Below, piece after piece: positions 14,360 through 22,606 of a stretch of DNA of 43,550 bases; the first letter of the stretch is position 1; every line of letters starts with the position of its first letter. The stretch spans positions 1-43,550 of the forward strand of contig CAYXIC010000001.1 of assembly GCA_964465625.1 (NCBI GenBank). Reading direction: 5' to 3'. A model generated the notes under the pieces. It saw nothing but the letters and a program-made list of their open reading frames with translations. It searched no databases and was not told the origin of the DNA. Source of the DNA: Candidatus Woesearchaeota archaeon. Lineage in GTDB: Archaea; Nanobdellota; Nanobdellia; Pacearchaeales; GW2011-AR1. Both the position numbers and the translations under genes were made by a program.

Positions 14360-15007
14360 ATGACAGAAGAAAAAACAAAACTTATGCGGGAAAACAAGAT
14401 GGAAGGGAAAAAGGCGGTTGAAACCCCAAAGAGGGACGTAGACTCCAAAGGCAAACAGGTTTCCCAAGAGGATAAAGGGCTGTCAATTGAAAAGAAATCC
14501 CAGGACGGCAAAAAAGATTTAAAAGACAAAAAACCCGAGCCAGCGGACGAAGCAAAGGAAAAGAAAGACGGCAAACAAACTGGAAAAGAAAAGCCAAAGG
14601 CCAAGAAAACAGAGGCTGTTGTAAATTCATTTGACCTCCCGATATCCACAATAGAGTCTGCGGCGATTTGCAGGTTCATAAAGGGGAAAAAAATCGACCT
14701 CGCAATTGGTGATTTGGAAAAAGTCATGTCATTAAAGAAGGCCGTTCCGATGAAAGGGGAACTGCCGCACAGGCGCGGAAAAGGCATGATGTCCGGAAGA
14801 TACCCGAAAAAATCCGCGAAGCACTTCATAAAGGTCCTCAAAAGCCTGTCCGGAAACGCAATCGCCAACGGGGTTGAAAATCCGATTGTTGTTGAAGCCG
14901 TCGCAAACATAGGGCAAAGGCAGTATGGAAGGTTCGGAAGCGTGAGAAGAAAGAGGACGCATTTGAAAATAGTCGCGAAAAGTAAACCAGAATCCATTAA
15001 AAAATAA
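14360..15007 (+). CDS. rpl22: ribosomal protein uL22 with a Lys/Glu/Asp-rich N-terminal extension
   Basis: The C-terminal roughly 130 aa (DLPISTIESAAICRFIKGKKIDLAIGDLEKV...) are L22-like. The first roughly 85 aa are low-complexity K/E/D-rich, with no internal Met that could serve as an alternative start. Confidence 0.85.
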   Translation: MTEEKTKLMRENKMEGKKAVETPKRDVDSKGKQVSQEDKGLSIEKKSQDGKKDLKDKKPEPADEAKEKKDGKQTGKEKPKAKKTEAVVNSFDLPISTIESAAICRFIKGKKIDLAIGDLEKVMSLKKAVPMKGELPHRRGKGMMSGRYPKKSAKHFIKVLKSLSGNAIANGVENPIVVEAVANIGQRQYGRFGSVRRKRTHLKIVAKSKPESIKK

Positions 15008-15008
15008 A

Positions 15009-15704
15009 ATGGAAGAAAAGAAAACAGTCCAGTTCAAGAAAGACGAGTTTGCGGTAAGGGAGTTCGTAAAGGGATATCTAGGAAAGGGCAAAATGAGCGG
15101 CATAAGGATAGAGTACACCCCTGTCGGGGAAAAAATCATATTGACCACGAACAAGCCCGGTTTGGTGATAGGAAGAAGGGGCGAGAAAATCGAGGATTTG
15201 ACAAAAAATCTCAAGTCAAGGTTCAAGCTTGAAAATCCGAGGATTGAAATAGAAGAGGTAAAGGAGCCGGAATTTGAGGCGCAAATAATGGTTGACGAAA
15301 TAGCAGGGGCATTGGAGAACATGGGCCCGTTAAGGTTCAAGGTCATTGCATACAGGGCTTTGCAAAAAATAATGGCGGCGGGGGCTTTAGGAGCAGAGAT
15401 AAGAATAAGCGGAAAAGTTCCGGGGGCGAGGGCAAAGACGTGGAGGTTCGCGCAGGGTTATTTAAAAAAGGTGGGAGACAGCGCGAAAGTTGTTAGCAAG
15501 GCTCAGGCAAAGGCCCAAACAAGACCGGGAACAATAGGGGTTAAGGTAAGCATCCTTTCGCCGCATGCAAAGCTAAGCGACAGGGTGGAAGTCAACGAGG
15601 AATTTCTGAAGAAGGTCAGGGAAAATGAGGAAAAAATAATGCAAACAGCCTCGGAAGCAGCTTCAAACAAACCAATCAACAAAAAAAGGAGGAAGGCGAA
15701 ATAA
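15009..15704 (+). CDS. rps3: ribosomal protein uS3
   Basis: KH-domain segment KPGLVIGRRGEKIEDL and overall S3 pattern. TAAAATG junction on both sides. Confidence 0.95.
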   Translation: MEEKKTVQFKKDEFAVREFVKGYLGKGKMSGIRIEYTPVGEKIILTTNKPGLVIGRRGEKIEDLTKNLKSRFKLENPRIEIEEVKEPEFEAQIMVDEIAGALENMGPLRFKVIAYRALQKIMAAGALGAEIRISGKVPGARAKTWRFAQGYLKKVGDSAKVVSKAQAKAQTRPGTIGVKVSILSPHAKLSDRVEVNEEFLKKVRENEEKIMQTASEAASNKPINKKRRKAK

Positions 15705-15705
15705 A

Positions 15706-15879
15706 ATGGCGGCATTGAAATCAAAGGACATTTTGAACATGAGCAGGGAAGAAAGGGAGAAGAAAATGAGGGAGTTAAGATTTGAGCTGGTAAAGTCAAG
15801 GGCAAACGCCTCAAAAAAAGGCTCAAAAGTCAAGGAAATTAAAAAAATGCTGGCGAGAATGCTTGCGGTGAAGAAATAA
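15706..15879 (+). CDS. rpl29: ribosomal protein uL29, 57 aa
   Basis: Hand translation gives MAALKSKDILNMSREEREKKMRELRFELVKSRANASKKGSKVKEIKKMLARMLAVKK. It is in the expected position after uS3 and below the ORF-track cut-off. Confidence 0.85.
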   Translation: MAALKSKDILNMSREEREKKMRELRFELVKSRANASKKGSKVKEIKKMLARMLAVKK

Positions 15880-15880
15880 A

Positions 15881-16180
15881 ATGGAAATATGCCCAAAATG
15901 CGGTTTGCCAAAACAGGCATGCGTGTGCGAACAGATAGTCAAGAGCGCGCAAAAAATACAGATAACCACTGACAAAAAAAAATACGGAAAAATCGTGACA
16001 GTCATATCTGGATTTGAGAAGGACATTGAAATAAAAAAAATCGCAAAATCTTTGAAAAACAGGCTTGCTTGCGGGGGAACTTACAAGGACAACATCATAG
16101 AGCTTCAGGGAGACCATAGAAAAAAAGTGAAGCCAATCCTAATAGACCTCGGATTCGATGAAAGCTCGATAAGCGATTAA
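15881..16180 (+). CDS. translation initiation factor aIF1 / SUI1
   Basis: MEICPKCGLPKQACVCE zinc knuckle plus the SUI1 core (KIVTVISGF...LKNRLACGGTYKDNIIELQGDHRKKV). Confidence 0.9.
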   Translation: MEICPKCGLPKQACVCEQIVKSAQKIQITTDKKKYGKIVTVISGFEKDIEIKKIAKSLKNRLACGGTYKDNIIELQGDHRKKVKPILIDLGFDESSISD

Positions 16181-16188
16181 AAACAAAA

Positions 16189-16566
16189 ATGGAAAAGAAA
16201 AAGGCAAAAATGGAAAATGCGAAGGGCGATGCAGTTTTAGCCGATGCCGAAAAAGGAAGGGATTGCGACGACGGCAAGTGCCCTTTTCACGGGTCATTGA
16301 GGGCAAGGGGAAGGATTTTTGAGGGAATAGTAAAGAAAAAATTTCCAGGAAGAATCGTCATTGAGCTTGAGAGGATGATTTACGTGAGAAAATACGAAAG
16401 GTACAAGAAATCAAGGACAAAAATCCATGCGCGTTTGCCCAAGTGCATTGGGGAAAAAATAAGCGTGGGGGATATTGTAAGGGTTCAGGAATGCAGGCCC
16501 TTAAGCAAGATAATCCACTTTGTCGCCATGGAAAAGATAAAAAGTTCAGAGGCGAGGGAAAAATGA
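16189..16566 (+). CDS. rps17: ribosomal protein uS17
   Basis: CPFHGSLRARGRIFEGIVKKK...VGDIVRVQECRPLSK is typical archaeal S17. Confidence 0.9.
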   Translation: MEKKKAKMENAKGDAVLADAEKGRDCDDGKCPFHGSLRARGRIFEGIVKKKFPGRIVIELERMIYVRKYERYKKSRTKIHARLPKCIGEKISVGDIVRVQECRPLSKIIHFVAMEKIKSSEAREK

Positions 16567-16964
16567 AGGCCATATCCGCAAGGGTTACAAAAGGCCTGAA
16601 TTTGGGCTCTGAGGTTGTAGCAGCGGACAACAGCGGGGCCAAGATTGTGAGAATTGTCTCTGTCAAAAGGGCGAAGGGAAGAAAGGGAAGGCAAGTGAGC
16701 GCGAGGGTCGCGGATTTCGTCAAGGTAAGCGTGAGAAAGGGGGATCCGGAAATGAAGGGAAAGGTCTTTGACGCAATAGTGATAAGGCAAAAAAAGCCTT
16801 ATGTAAGACTTCATGGGGAAAGGGTTGCGTTCGAGGACAATGCGGTGGCAATATTGAAGGACGACAAGGGAAATCCGAAGGGAACGCAAATCAAGGGTCC
16901 CGTGGCAAGGGAAGTTTTTGAGAGATGGAAGGAGGTCGCAAAAATCGCGCAATTTGTTTACTAA
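16563..16964 (+). CDS. rpl14: ribosomal protein uL14
   Basis: MKAISARVTKGLNLGSEVVAADNSGAK... is typical L14. ATGA overlap with the uS17 stop, so the track start at 16443 is an out-of-gene extension. Confidence 0.95.
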   Translation: MKAISARVTKGLNLGSEVVAADNSGAKIVRIVSVKRAKGRKGRQVSARVADFVKVSVRKGDPEMKGKVFDAIVIRQKKPYVRLHGERVAFEDNAVAILKDDKGNPKGTQIKGPVAREVFERWKEVAKIAQFVY

Positions 16965-16965
16965 A

Positions 16966-17391
16966 ATGCCATTAGATGATACAACTTACTACGGAAACAA
17001 TGAAAGAAGGGATCCTAGACTGGAGAGGATTTGCAGTAGAATTGAGGGCATAATCAGTAAGTTAGAGAAGCTTAGAAAAAAGATTGGCGAGATGAATTTT
17101 GATTCATACGAGAGGATGGCCAGAGAATCCATCTTGATGATGGGATTTGGAATTGCAGAAGCAAGAGTTTTAGCAGAAGAGGGGGGATCGGAATACATAG
17201 GCAAAATTGCAGAGATTTTAGCCGAGACAAAAAGGGAAAAAGATGGCGTATATGCGGGTTTGATTAGGGGGAGGAAATTTTCACCAGAATTATTTTATGG
17301 AGTGGGAAAACACCCTCTTGCAGTTAAAGCCGAAAATTTATATGAAAAAGGGGAATTAATGATAATAAAATATTTGGAAGGTAAAAAATGA
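16966..17391 (+). CDS. orphan ORF D, 141 aa, inserted between uL14 and uL24
   Basis: TAAAATG junction after uL14, ATGA overlap with the uL24 start, and GGAAGGT near its 3' end. About 38% GC (161/426). Helix-rich-looking, no motif recognised. The track start at 16918 lies inside uL14. Confidence 0.6.
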   Translation: MPLDDTTYYGNNERRDPRLERICSRIEGIISKLEKLRKKIGEMNFDSYERMARESILMMGFGIAEARVLAEEGGSEYIGKIAEILAETKREKDGVYAGLIRGRKFSPELFYGVGKHPLAVKAENLYEKGELMIIKYLEGKK

Positions 17392-17786
17392 AAAAAGAAT
17401 TTTCAAAAAAATGGAAGGGCAGCAAGCAGCCAAGAAAGCAGCGCAAGTACAGGGCAAACGCGCCTCTTCACATAAAAAGAAAATTCCTCGGAGTGAACCT
17501 GTCAAAGGACCTAAGAAAGAAGTACGGCAGAAGAAACATTGAAATTAAAAAGGGGGACACTGCAAAAATCATGAGGGGAAAGTTCAAAAAAAAGCAGGGG
17601 AAAGTCACGGGAGTGAATGTAAAAAGCCTGAGGGTGGAAATAGAGGGAATTCAGGCAAAAAAGCAGGACGGCTCAAAGGTAAACATTGGCTTAAAGCCTT
17701 CAAACCTGCAGATTACGGAGTTAAACATGGACGACAAAAAAAGAATCGCCGGAAAAAGCCCGGAAAAGAAGGAGGAAAATAAATAA
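17388..17786 (+). CDS. rpl24: ribosomal protein uL24
   Basis: SKQPRKQRKYRANAPLHIKRKFL...KKGDTAKIMRGKFKKKQGKV (KOW motif). Confidence 0.9.
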   Translation: MKKEFSKKWKGSKQPRKQRKYRANAPLHIKRKFLGVNLSKDLRKKYGRRNIEIKKGDTAKIMRGKFKKKQGKVTGVNVKSLRVEIEGIQAKKQDGSKVNIGLKPSNLQITELNMDDKKRIAGKSPEKKEENK

Positions 17787-18433
17787 TGCACCTAAAAAGA
17801 CAGGGAAGCCCGAAGGTATGGCCTGTTGAGAGAAAGGGAAAGGCTTATCTGGCAAGGCCCAGTTCAAGCGGCAATTTCGGGATTCCGATAATTATAGTCC
17901 TGAGAGACATGCTTAAAGCGGCCCAAAACAGGAAAGAGGTCAAGGAACTGGTAAGCTCAAAAAAAATCTTCATCAACCACAAGGCTGTCAACGACGAAAA
18001 GAGGGATCTTTTGTTTTTCGACGTTTTGTCTATGCCTTCAATGGGCAAATTTTACAGGCTTGTCCTATCTGAAAGGGGAAAATTCAGCCTAGAGGAAATA
18101 GGTGAAAACGAGGCTGGCAGAAAAATCTCAAAGATAATCAACAAAAAAGTATTAAAGGGGAAAAAAGTGCAGTTGAACCTCATGGACGGAAGGAATTTCC
18201 TTTCAGGCATGAAATGCAGCGTGAACGACTCGGTCATCATAGACCTTAAAAAAAACACGTTGGAAAAATGCCTTCCCCTTAAGGAAGCGTCGACGGCGTT
18301 TGTCTTTGAGGGAAAGCACCTTGGAAAAAGCGGCAAAATAACAAAAATAAGCGGCAATGGGAAAATGGCAGAGGTAGACGGCAAAGGCGGGAAGATTAAC
18401 GTCCTAATTAAACAGGTTATGGTGATAGAGTAA
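17786..18433 (+). CDS. rps4e: ribosomal protein eS4
   Basis: MHLKRQGSPKVWPVERKGKAYLARPS... is a typical S4e N-terminus, in the expected position. Confidence 0.9.
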   Translation: MHLKRQGSPKVWPVERKGKAYLARPSSSGNFGIPIIIVLRDMLKAAQNRKEVKELVSSKKIFINHKAVNDEKRDLLFFDVLSMPSMGKFYRLVLSERGKFSLEEIGENEAGRKISKIINKKVLKGKKVQLNLMDGRNFLSGMKCSVNDSVIIDLKKNTLEKCLPLKEASTAFVFEGKHLGKSGKITKISGNGKMAEVDGKGGKINVLIKQVMVIE

Positions 18434-18435
18434 AA

Positions 18436-18966
18436 ATGAAAGATCCGCAGGCCAAAAAGCCAACCAACGGGGAGAATCCCATGAGGAAGATAAGGATAGA
18501 AAAAATTGTTTTCAGCATCGGGGCGAAGGGGGATGCCCTGGAAAAGGGGGTTAAACTCCTAAAGCTGCTGACAGGAAGAAAACCAGCAAAGATGAAATCA
18601 AGAAAAAGAATTCCGAATTTCGGGGTGAGACCAGACCTGGAGGTCGGCACTGTTGTGACAATAAGAAAAGACATGGACGCGGCATTAAAAAGAATGCTCG
18701 CCTCAGTGGGAAACACGCTCAAAAAAAGCCAGATTGGAGAGAACGGATTCTCGTTCGGAATTGAGGAGTACATAGAAATTCCGGGAATGGAATACCAAAG
18801 GGACATAGAAATAATGGGTCTGGACGTGACGGTGACTTTTAAGAGGTCGGGAAGAAGGGTTGCCCTCAAAAAGGCTAAAAGGGGAAGAATATCTAAAAAG
18901 CAGAGGGTTTCAAGGGAGGAAATAATCAAATTCATGGAGGAAAATTTCGGGACGGGTTTCACATAA
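18436..18966 (+). CDS. rpl5: ribosomal protein uL5
   Basis: [20 protein letters not shown]...[30 protein letters not shown] is typical L5. Confidence 0.95.
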   Translation: MKDPQAKKPTNGENPMRKIRIEKIVFSIGAKGDALEKGVKLLKLLTGRKPAKMKSRKRIPNFGVRPDLEVGTVVTIRKDMDAALKRMLASVGNTLKKSQIGENGFSFGIEEYIEIPGMEYQRDIEIMGLDVTVTFKRSGRRVALKKAKRGRISKKQRVSREEIIKFMEENFGTGFT

Positions 18967-18967
18967 A

Positions 18968-19198
18968 ATGACAGCAAGCGATTGGAGGAAAATACTGAAA
19001 CAGCTTAAGAACAAGCCGGCAATAGCCGAAAGGTTCCTCAAGCACAACAGGCCTAAGGAAAGAAAGACGGGAATAGCGAGAAAAAAGTGCGAGAGGTGCG
19101 GCAGATTCGGGGCCCACATAAGCTCATACGGACTAAACTTGTGCAGGCACTGCTTTAGGGAGACGGCAGTGGAACTGGGATTTAAAAAATACAACTAA
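18968..19198 (+). CDS. rps14: ribosomal protein uS14 (zinc type)
   Basis: [36 protein letters not shown] carries a CxxC...CxxC site. The N-terminus is somewhat longer than in most archaeal S14. Confidence 0.9.
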   Translation: MTASDWRKILKQLKNKPAIAERFLKHNRPKERKTGIARKKCERCGRFGAHISSYGLNLCRHCFRETAVELGFKKYN

Positions 19199-19199
19199 A

Positions 19200-19580
19200 A
19201 TGTCGCATGATATAGTGGCCGACGCTTTGAACATGATAAGGAACGCGAAAAGGTCAAGAAAGGAAAGCGTAAATGTAAAGAAAATTTCGAACTTGCTAAT
19301 CGAGGTTCTGAAGATCATGAAGCAGAAAGGCGCGATAAAAAAATACAAGATAAACAGCAAAACAAAAAGCGCGGAAATAATCATAGGGAGTTTCATTGAC
19401 TGCAGGGCGATAAAGCCAAGGTTCAGCGCAAAGACAGAACAGATAGACAGATACGTAAGAAGATACCTTCCTGCAAGAAATTTTGGGACGATAATAATCT
19501 CGACAAACAAGGGATTGGTGGTACATGAAGAAGCCCTGGAGAAGAACATGGGAGGAAGCCTAATAGCTTATTTTTACTAA
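19200..19580 (+). CDS. rps8: ribosomal protein uS8
   Basis: MSHDIVADALNMIRNAKRSRKESV... is a typical S8 N-terminus. Confidence 0.95.
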   Translation: MSHDIVADALNMIRNAKRSRKESVNVKKISNLLIEVLKIMKQKGAIKKYKINSKTKSAEIIIGSFIDCRAIKPRFSAKTEQIDRYVRRYLPARNFGTIIISTNKGLVVHEEALEKNMGGSLIAYFY

Positions 19581-19581
19581 A

Positions 19582-20124
19582 ATGAAAAGGGAGATATTTC
19601 AGAGAATAAAGGCGCCGGAGGGCATTGACGTGAAAATAGAAGGAAGCGAAATAAGCCTGACTTCCAATGGAAAGGAGGCAAGAAAAAAATTTGACACAAG
19701 CAAAATTTCCCTGGAAAAAAATGGCAATGAGATTGTCGTTGGAAGCAAAAAAGCCTCAAAAAACGAGAAAAAAATGATAAACACAATCGCCGCGCACATA
19801 AGGAACATGATAAGGGGCTTTGAGAAGGAATTTGAGTACAAACTCAAGGTGTGCTCCACGCATTTCCCGATAAGCACCGAGATAAAGGGAAGCGAGATTT
19901 TAATAAAAAACTTTTTGGGGGAGAAAACACCAAGGAAATCCAAGGTGTTGGAAGGTACCAAAGTGAAGATAGAAAAGGACATTATTACAGTAACCTCTTC
20001 CGACAAGGAAAAGGCAGGACAGACGGCGTCAAATCTTGAGAAGGCGACATGGATAAGGCTGAGGGACAGAAGGGTTTTTCAGGACGGAATTTTCATAACA
20101 AACAAGGCAGGTAAGCAAATATGA
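19582..20124 (+). CDS. rpl6: ribosomal protein uL6
   Basis: IKAPEGIDVKIEGSEISLTSNGKE... shows the two-repeat L6 pattern, in the expected position. Confidence 0.9.
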   Translation: MKREIFQRIKAPEGIDVKIEGSEISLTSNGKEARKKFDTSKISLEKNGNEIVVGSKKASKNEKKMINTIAAHIRNMIRGFEKEFEYKLKVCSTHFPISTEIKGSEILIKNFLGEKTPRKSKVLEGTKVKIEKDIITVTSSDKEKAGQTASNLEKATWIRLRDRRVFQDGIFITNKAGKQI

Positions 20125-20492
20125 GGGCGTTTTTAAGGAGAAATGCGAAAATGCACCTGAAGCTCGGAAGAAGGAGAAAGAAAAAGCTTAAGTGGCACAG
20201 GCCGAAGGGAAGGGACAACAAGATGAGGGAAAAAAGGAAAGGCAGGCCGAAGACGGTAAGCATCGGATACAAAAATTCCCTTGATGATGAAATGAAAAAA
20301 ACAGCATTCGTAAAAAACCTGAATGACTTTGAAAAAACCGCAAAAAACGGCGCCATATTTTTAGGGCATATGGGAAAGAAGAAAAGGGTTGAAATTGCGA
20401 AAAAGGCCGCGGAAATGGGGATAACCATAAGGAACCTGAACTCAAAAAAGTTTCTTAAAAGACTAAATCCAAAATCAGGAGTGAAAAAATGA
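20121..20492 (+). CDS. rpl32e: ribosomal protein eL32
   Basis: KWHRPKGRDNKMREKRKGRPKTVSIGYKN...GHMGKKKRVEIAKKAAEMGITIRN is typical L32e. Confidence 0.9.
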   Translation: MRAFLRRNAKMHLKLGRRRKKKLKWHRPKGRDNKMREKRKGRPKTVSIGYKNSLDDEMKKTAFVKNLNDFEKTAKNGAIFLGHMGKKKRVEIAKKAAEMGITIRNLNSKKFLKRLNPKSGVKK

Positions 20493-20896
20493 ACCTTTCG
20501 AAGAAAAAAAAGCTTGCTGCGAGAACGCTTAATGTTGGATTGGGAAGAATTGTTTTTGCAGACTCTAGGAAAGGCGAAATTAAGGAAGCAATAACAAAGC
20601 AGGACATAAGGGATTTGGTTAACTCCGGCGCAATATACGTAAAAGACAAAAAGGGAAAAAGAAAATCCTCAAGAAAGAAAAGATCAGGACCGGGAAAAAT
20701 CAGGATGAGCGTGAACAGGAGGAAAAAAAACTATGTGTCATTGACGAGAAAATTAAGGGGTTATTTGTCTGCATTAAAAAAAGAAGGAAGAATCTCTGCC
20801 GAGGAATTCGGCGAGGCGAGAAAGGGAATAAGAAACGGATTTTTCAAGAGCAAATCACATCTAAAATCGCACATCGCCACTATAAAAAACAAGTAA
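20489..20896 (+). CDS. rpl19e: ribosomal protein eL19
   Basis: KKKKLAARTLNVGLGRIVFADSRKGEIKEAITKQDIRDLVNSGAI is typical L19e. Confidence 0.9.
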   Translation: MNLSKKKKLAARTLNVGLGRIVFADSRKGEIKEAITKQDIRDLVNSGAIYVKDKKGKRKSSRKKRSGPGKIRMSVNRRKKNYVSLTRKLRGYLSALKKEGRISAEEFGEARKGIRNGFFKSKSHLKSHIATIKNK

Positions 20897-20897
20897 A

Positions 20898-21401
20898 ATG
20901 AAAACGCTAAAAAGAAGAAGAAAAAGGAATTTGACAGACTACAGGAAAAGAATCAACCTGCTGAAGGGCAACAGGCCGAGAATCGTCTTCAGAAAAACAA
21001 ACAGATACCTTATAGCGCAATACGTGACAAGCATCGAGACCAAGGATAGGGTTGAAATGGGAACAAGTTCAAAGGTCCTCATGGAATACGGATGGCCCAA
21101 GGAGTTTCAGAACAGCCTGAAGTCAATTCCCGCGGCATACCTTTTGGGATTTTTAATCGGAAAAAAAATCATCGCGGAAAAAAAGGAAGTTCCGATAGCT
21201 GATTTTGGCATGGCAAGGGTTTTGCACAAGTCAAGGGCTTTTGCTTTCATCAAGGGGCTGACGGATTCCGGGGTCGGTTTGGGAATTGGCGAAAAGAAAA
21301 ACGTTTTCCCTAGCGAGGAAAGAATCGCTGGAAAAAACCTAAAGAGGGATTTTTCCGGGAATTTCAAGGAAATTAAATCAAAAATAAGCAAGGAGAAATA
21401 A
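20898..21401 (+). CDS. rpl18: ribosomal protein uL18
   Basis: RRRKRNLTDYRKRINLLKGNRPRIVFRKTNRYLIAQYV is typical archaeal L18 (L5e). Confidence 0.9.
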   Translation: MKTLKRRRKRNLTDYRKRINLLKGNRPRIVFRKTNRYLIAQYVTSIETKDRVEMGTSSKVLMEYGWPKEFQNSLKSIPAAYLLGFLIGKKIIAEKKEVPIADFGMARVLHKSRAFAFIKGLTDSGVGLGIGEKKNVFPSEERIAGKNLKRDFSGNFKEIKSKISKEK

Positions 21402-22186
21402 TGCCGAAGAAAAAATTAATGCAGGAGGAGGAGAACGTGAACGTTATTTTGGATGACATAAAAACTATTTCCAAAGAGGAGGACTTGCCCTTGGAACCCG
21501 AAAAGGCCAAGGAGCCAGGCCGGGAGAAGAAATTCGACGAGAGGGTTGTCGGCTGGGAGCCGAAAACAAGGCTTGGAAGAGAGGTAAAGGACGGCAAGAT
21601 AAGGAACATAGACGAGATACTCAAAAACAACAGGAAAATTCTCGAAAGCGAGATAGTGGATTACCTTCTTGACCTGAAATCAGACTTGATAAACATAGGG
21701 CAATCAAAGGGAAAGTTCGGAGGCGGAAAAAGAAGGGTATGGAGGCAAACGCAGAGAAAAACAAAAGAGGGTAATATACCGAAATTTTCAACCCTCGCGA
21801 TAGTCGGGGATGAAAACGGGCACGTGGGAATGGGATTGGGAAAATCAAAGGAAACGCTTCCTGCGAAGGAAAAGGCAATAAGAAAGGCCAAGCTGAACAT
21901 TTTCAGGGTTGAAAGAGCCTGTTCCGGCTTTGACTGCGCCTGCTCTGAACTGCACACAGTGCCCTACAAGGTTGAAGGAAAAGGCGGAAGCATAAGAATC
22001 ATACTGACTCCTGCAGCGCAGGGGACAGGGCTTGTCGTTGCGAAGGAACTGAGGAAATTCCTGAAATTGGTCGGAATAAAGGACGTTTACAGCAAGACCT
22101 TCGGGAAAAAAAGAACGACTTTCAACATGATTAAAGCGTGCGCCGACGCCCTCAAAAAATCCTCGAATGCCGGAGGCACAAGATGA
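21401..22186 (+). CDS. rps5: ribosomal protein uS5
   Basis: WEPKTRLGREVKDGKI...FSTLAIVGDENGHVGMGLGKSKETLPAKEKAIRKAK is typical S5. Confidence 0.95.
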   Translation: MPKKKLMQEEENVNVILDDIKTISKEEDLPLEPEKAKEPGREKKFDERVVGWEPKTRLGREVKDGKIRNIDEILKNNRKILESEIVDYLLDLKSDLINIGQSKGKFGGGKRRVWRQTQRKTKEGNIPKFSTLAIVGDENGHVGMGLGKSKETLPAKEKAIRKAKLNIFRVERACSGFDCACSELHTVPYKVEGKGGSIRIILTPAAQGTGLVVAKELRKFLKLVGIKDVYSKTFGKKRTTFNMIKACADALKKSSNAGGTR

Positions 22187-22605
22187 TTTGCATAATAAGG
22201 ATAAAGGGAAGGGTGGGTTTAAACGAAAAGGTAAATGAAACCCTTGACAGGCTAAGGCTGAAAAGAAAATACGCGTGCGTTGTGGTTCAGGAAAAAAGAG
22301 AAGTTATGGGAATGGTCAAAAAAGTCAAGGACTTTGTGGCCTTCGGGAAAATCAGCGGCGAGATGCTTGAAACGCTGATAGAAAAGAGGGGAAAGCCTTT
22401 GGAAAAGGAAAAAAAGGTAAATCCAAAATCCGCGGCAGAGGCATTGGAAAGTGGAAAAGGCTATGAGGAAATGAACCTGAAGCCTTTTTTCAGATTGCAT
22501 CCGCCAAGAGGGGGAATTGAAAGCAAAAGGCATTTCGGCGTCGGAAAGGGGGTTTTGGGAAATCACGGGGATAAAATAAACGAGCTTTTGGAGAGAATGA
22601 TTTAA
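22183..22605 (+). CDS. rpl30: ribosomal protein uL30
   Basis: MICIIRIKGRVGLNEKVNETLDRLRLKRKYACVVV is typical L30. ATGA overlap with the uS5 stop, so the track start at 22138 lies inside uS5. Confidence 0.9.
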   Translation: MICIIRIKGRVGLNEKVNETLDRLRLKRKYACVVVQEKREVMGMVKKVKDFVAFGKISGEMLETLIEKRGKPLEKEKKVNPKSAAEALESGKGYEEMNLKPFFRLHPPRGGIESKRHFGVGKGVLGNHGDKINELLERMI

Positions 22606-22606
22606 G

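Noticed and set aside
14284-14997. A 237-aa antisense ORF opposite uL22. Similar long antisense ORFs include 8913-9536, 6924-7610, 13407-13940, 14732-15346, 18417-18977, 19133-19549 and 34222-34725.
   Set aside because: They are shadows of purine-rich sense codons (AAG, GAA, AAA), which leave the complementary strand free of stops. Their translations are Phe/Leu/Ser-rich low complexity, while the sense strand encodes clearly recognisable proteins.
16443-16562. N-terminal extensions suggested by the ORF track. These are uL14 from 16443, ORF D from 16918, uL30 from 22138, uL1 from 2426, WecB from TTG 31948, uL23 from TTG 12667 and the 96-aa gene from TTG 6188.
   Set aside because: The extended parts lie inside the preceding gene in another frame or upstream of the promoter box. 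The conserved protein N-termini and the ATGA/TAAAATG junctions or TATA spacing point to the downstream ATGs.
10592-17391. Reading the short repeats that flank the inserted ORFs as transposon target-site duplications.
   Set aside because: The repeats are the same A-rich stop-start motif found at most junctions of the operon. No terminal inverted repeats, transposase or integrase are present. The repeats are reported only as an observation compatible with cassette gain.
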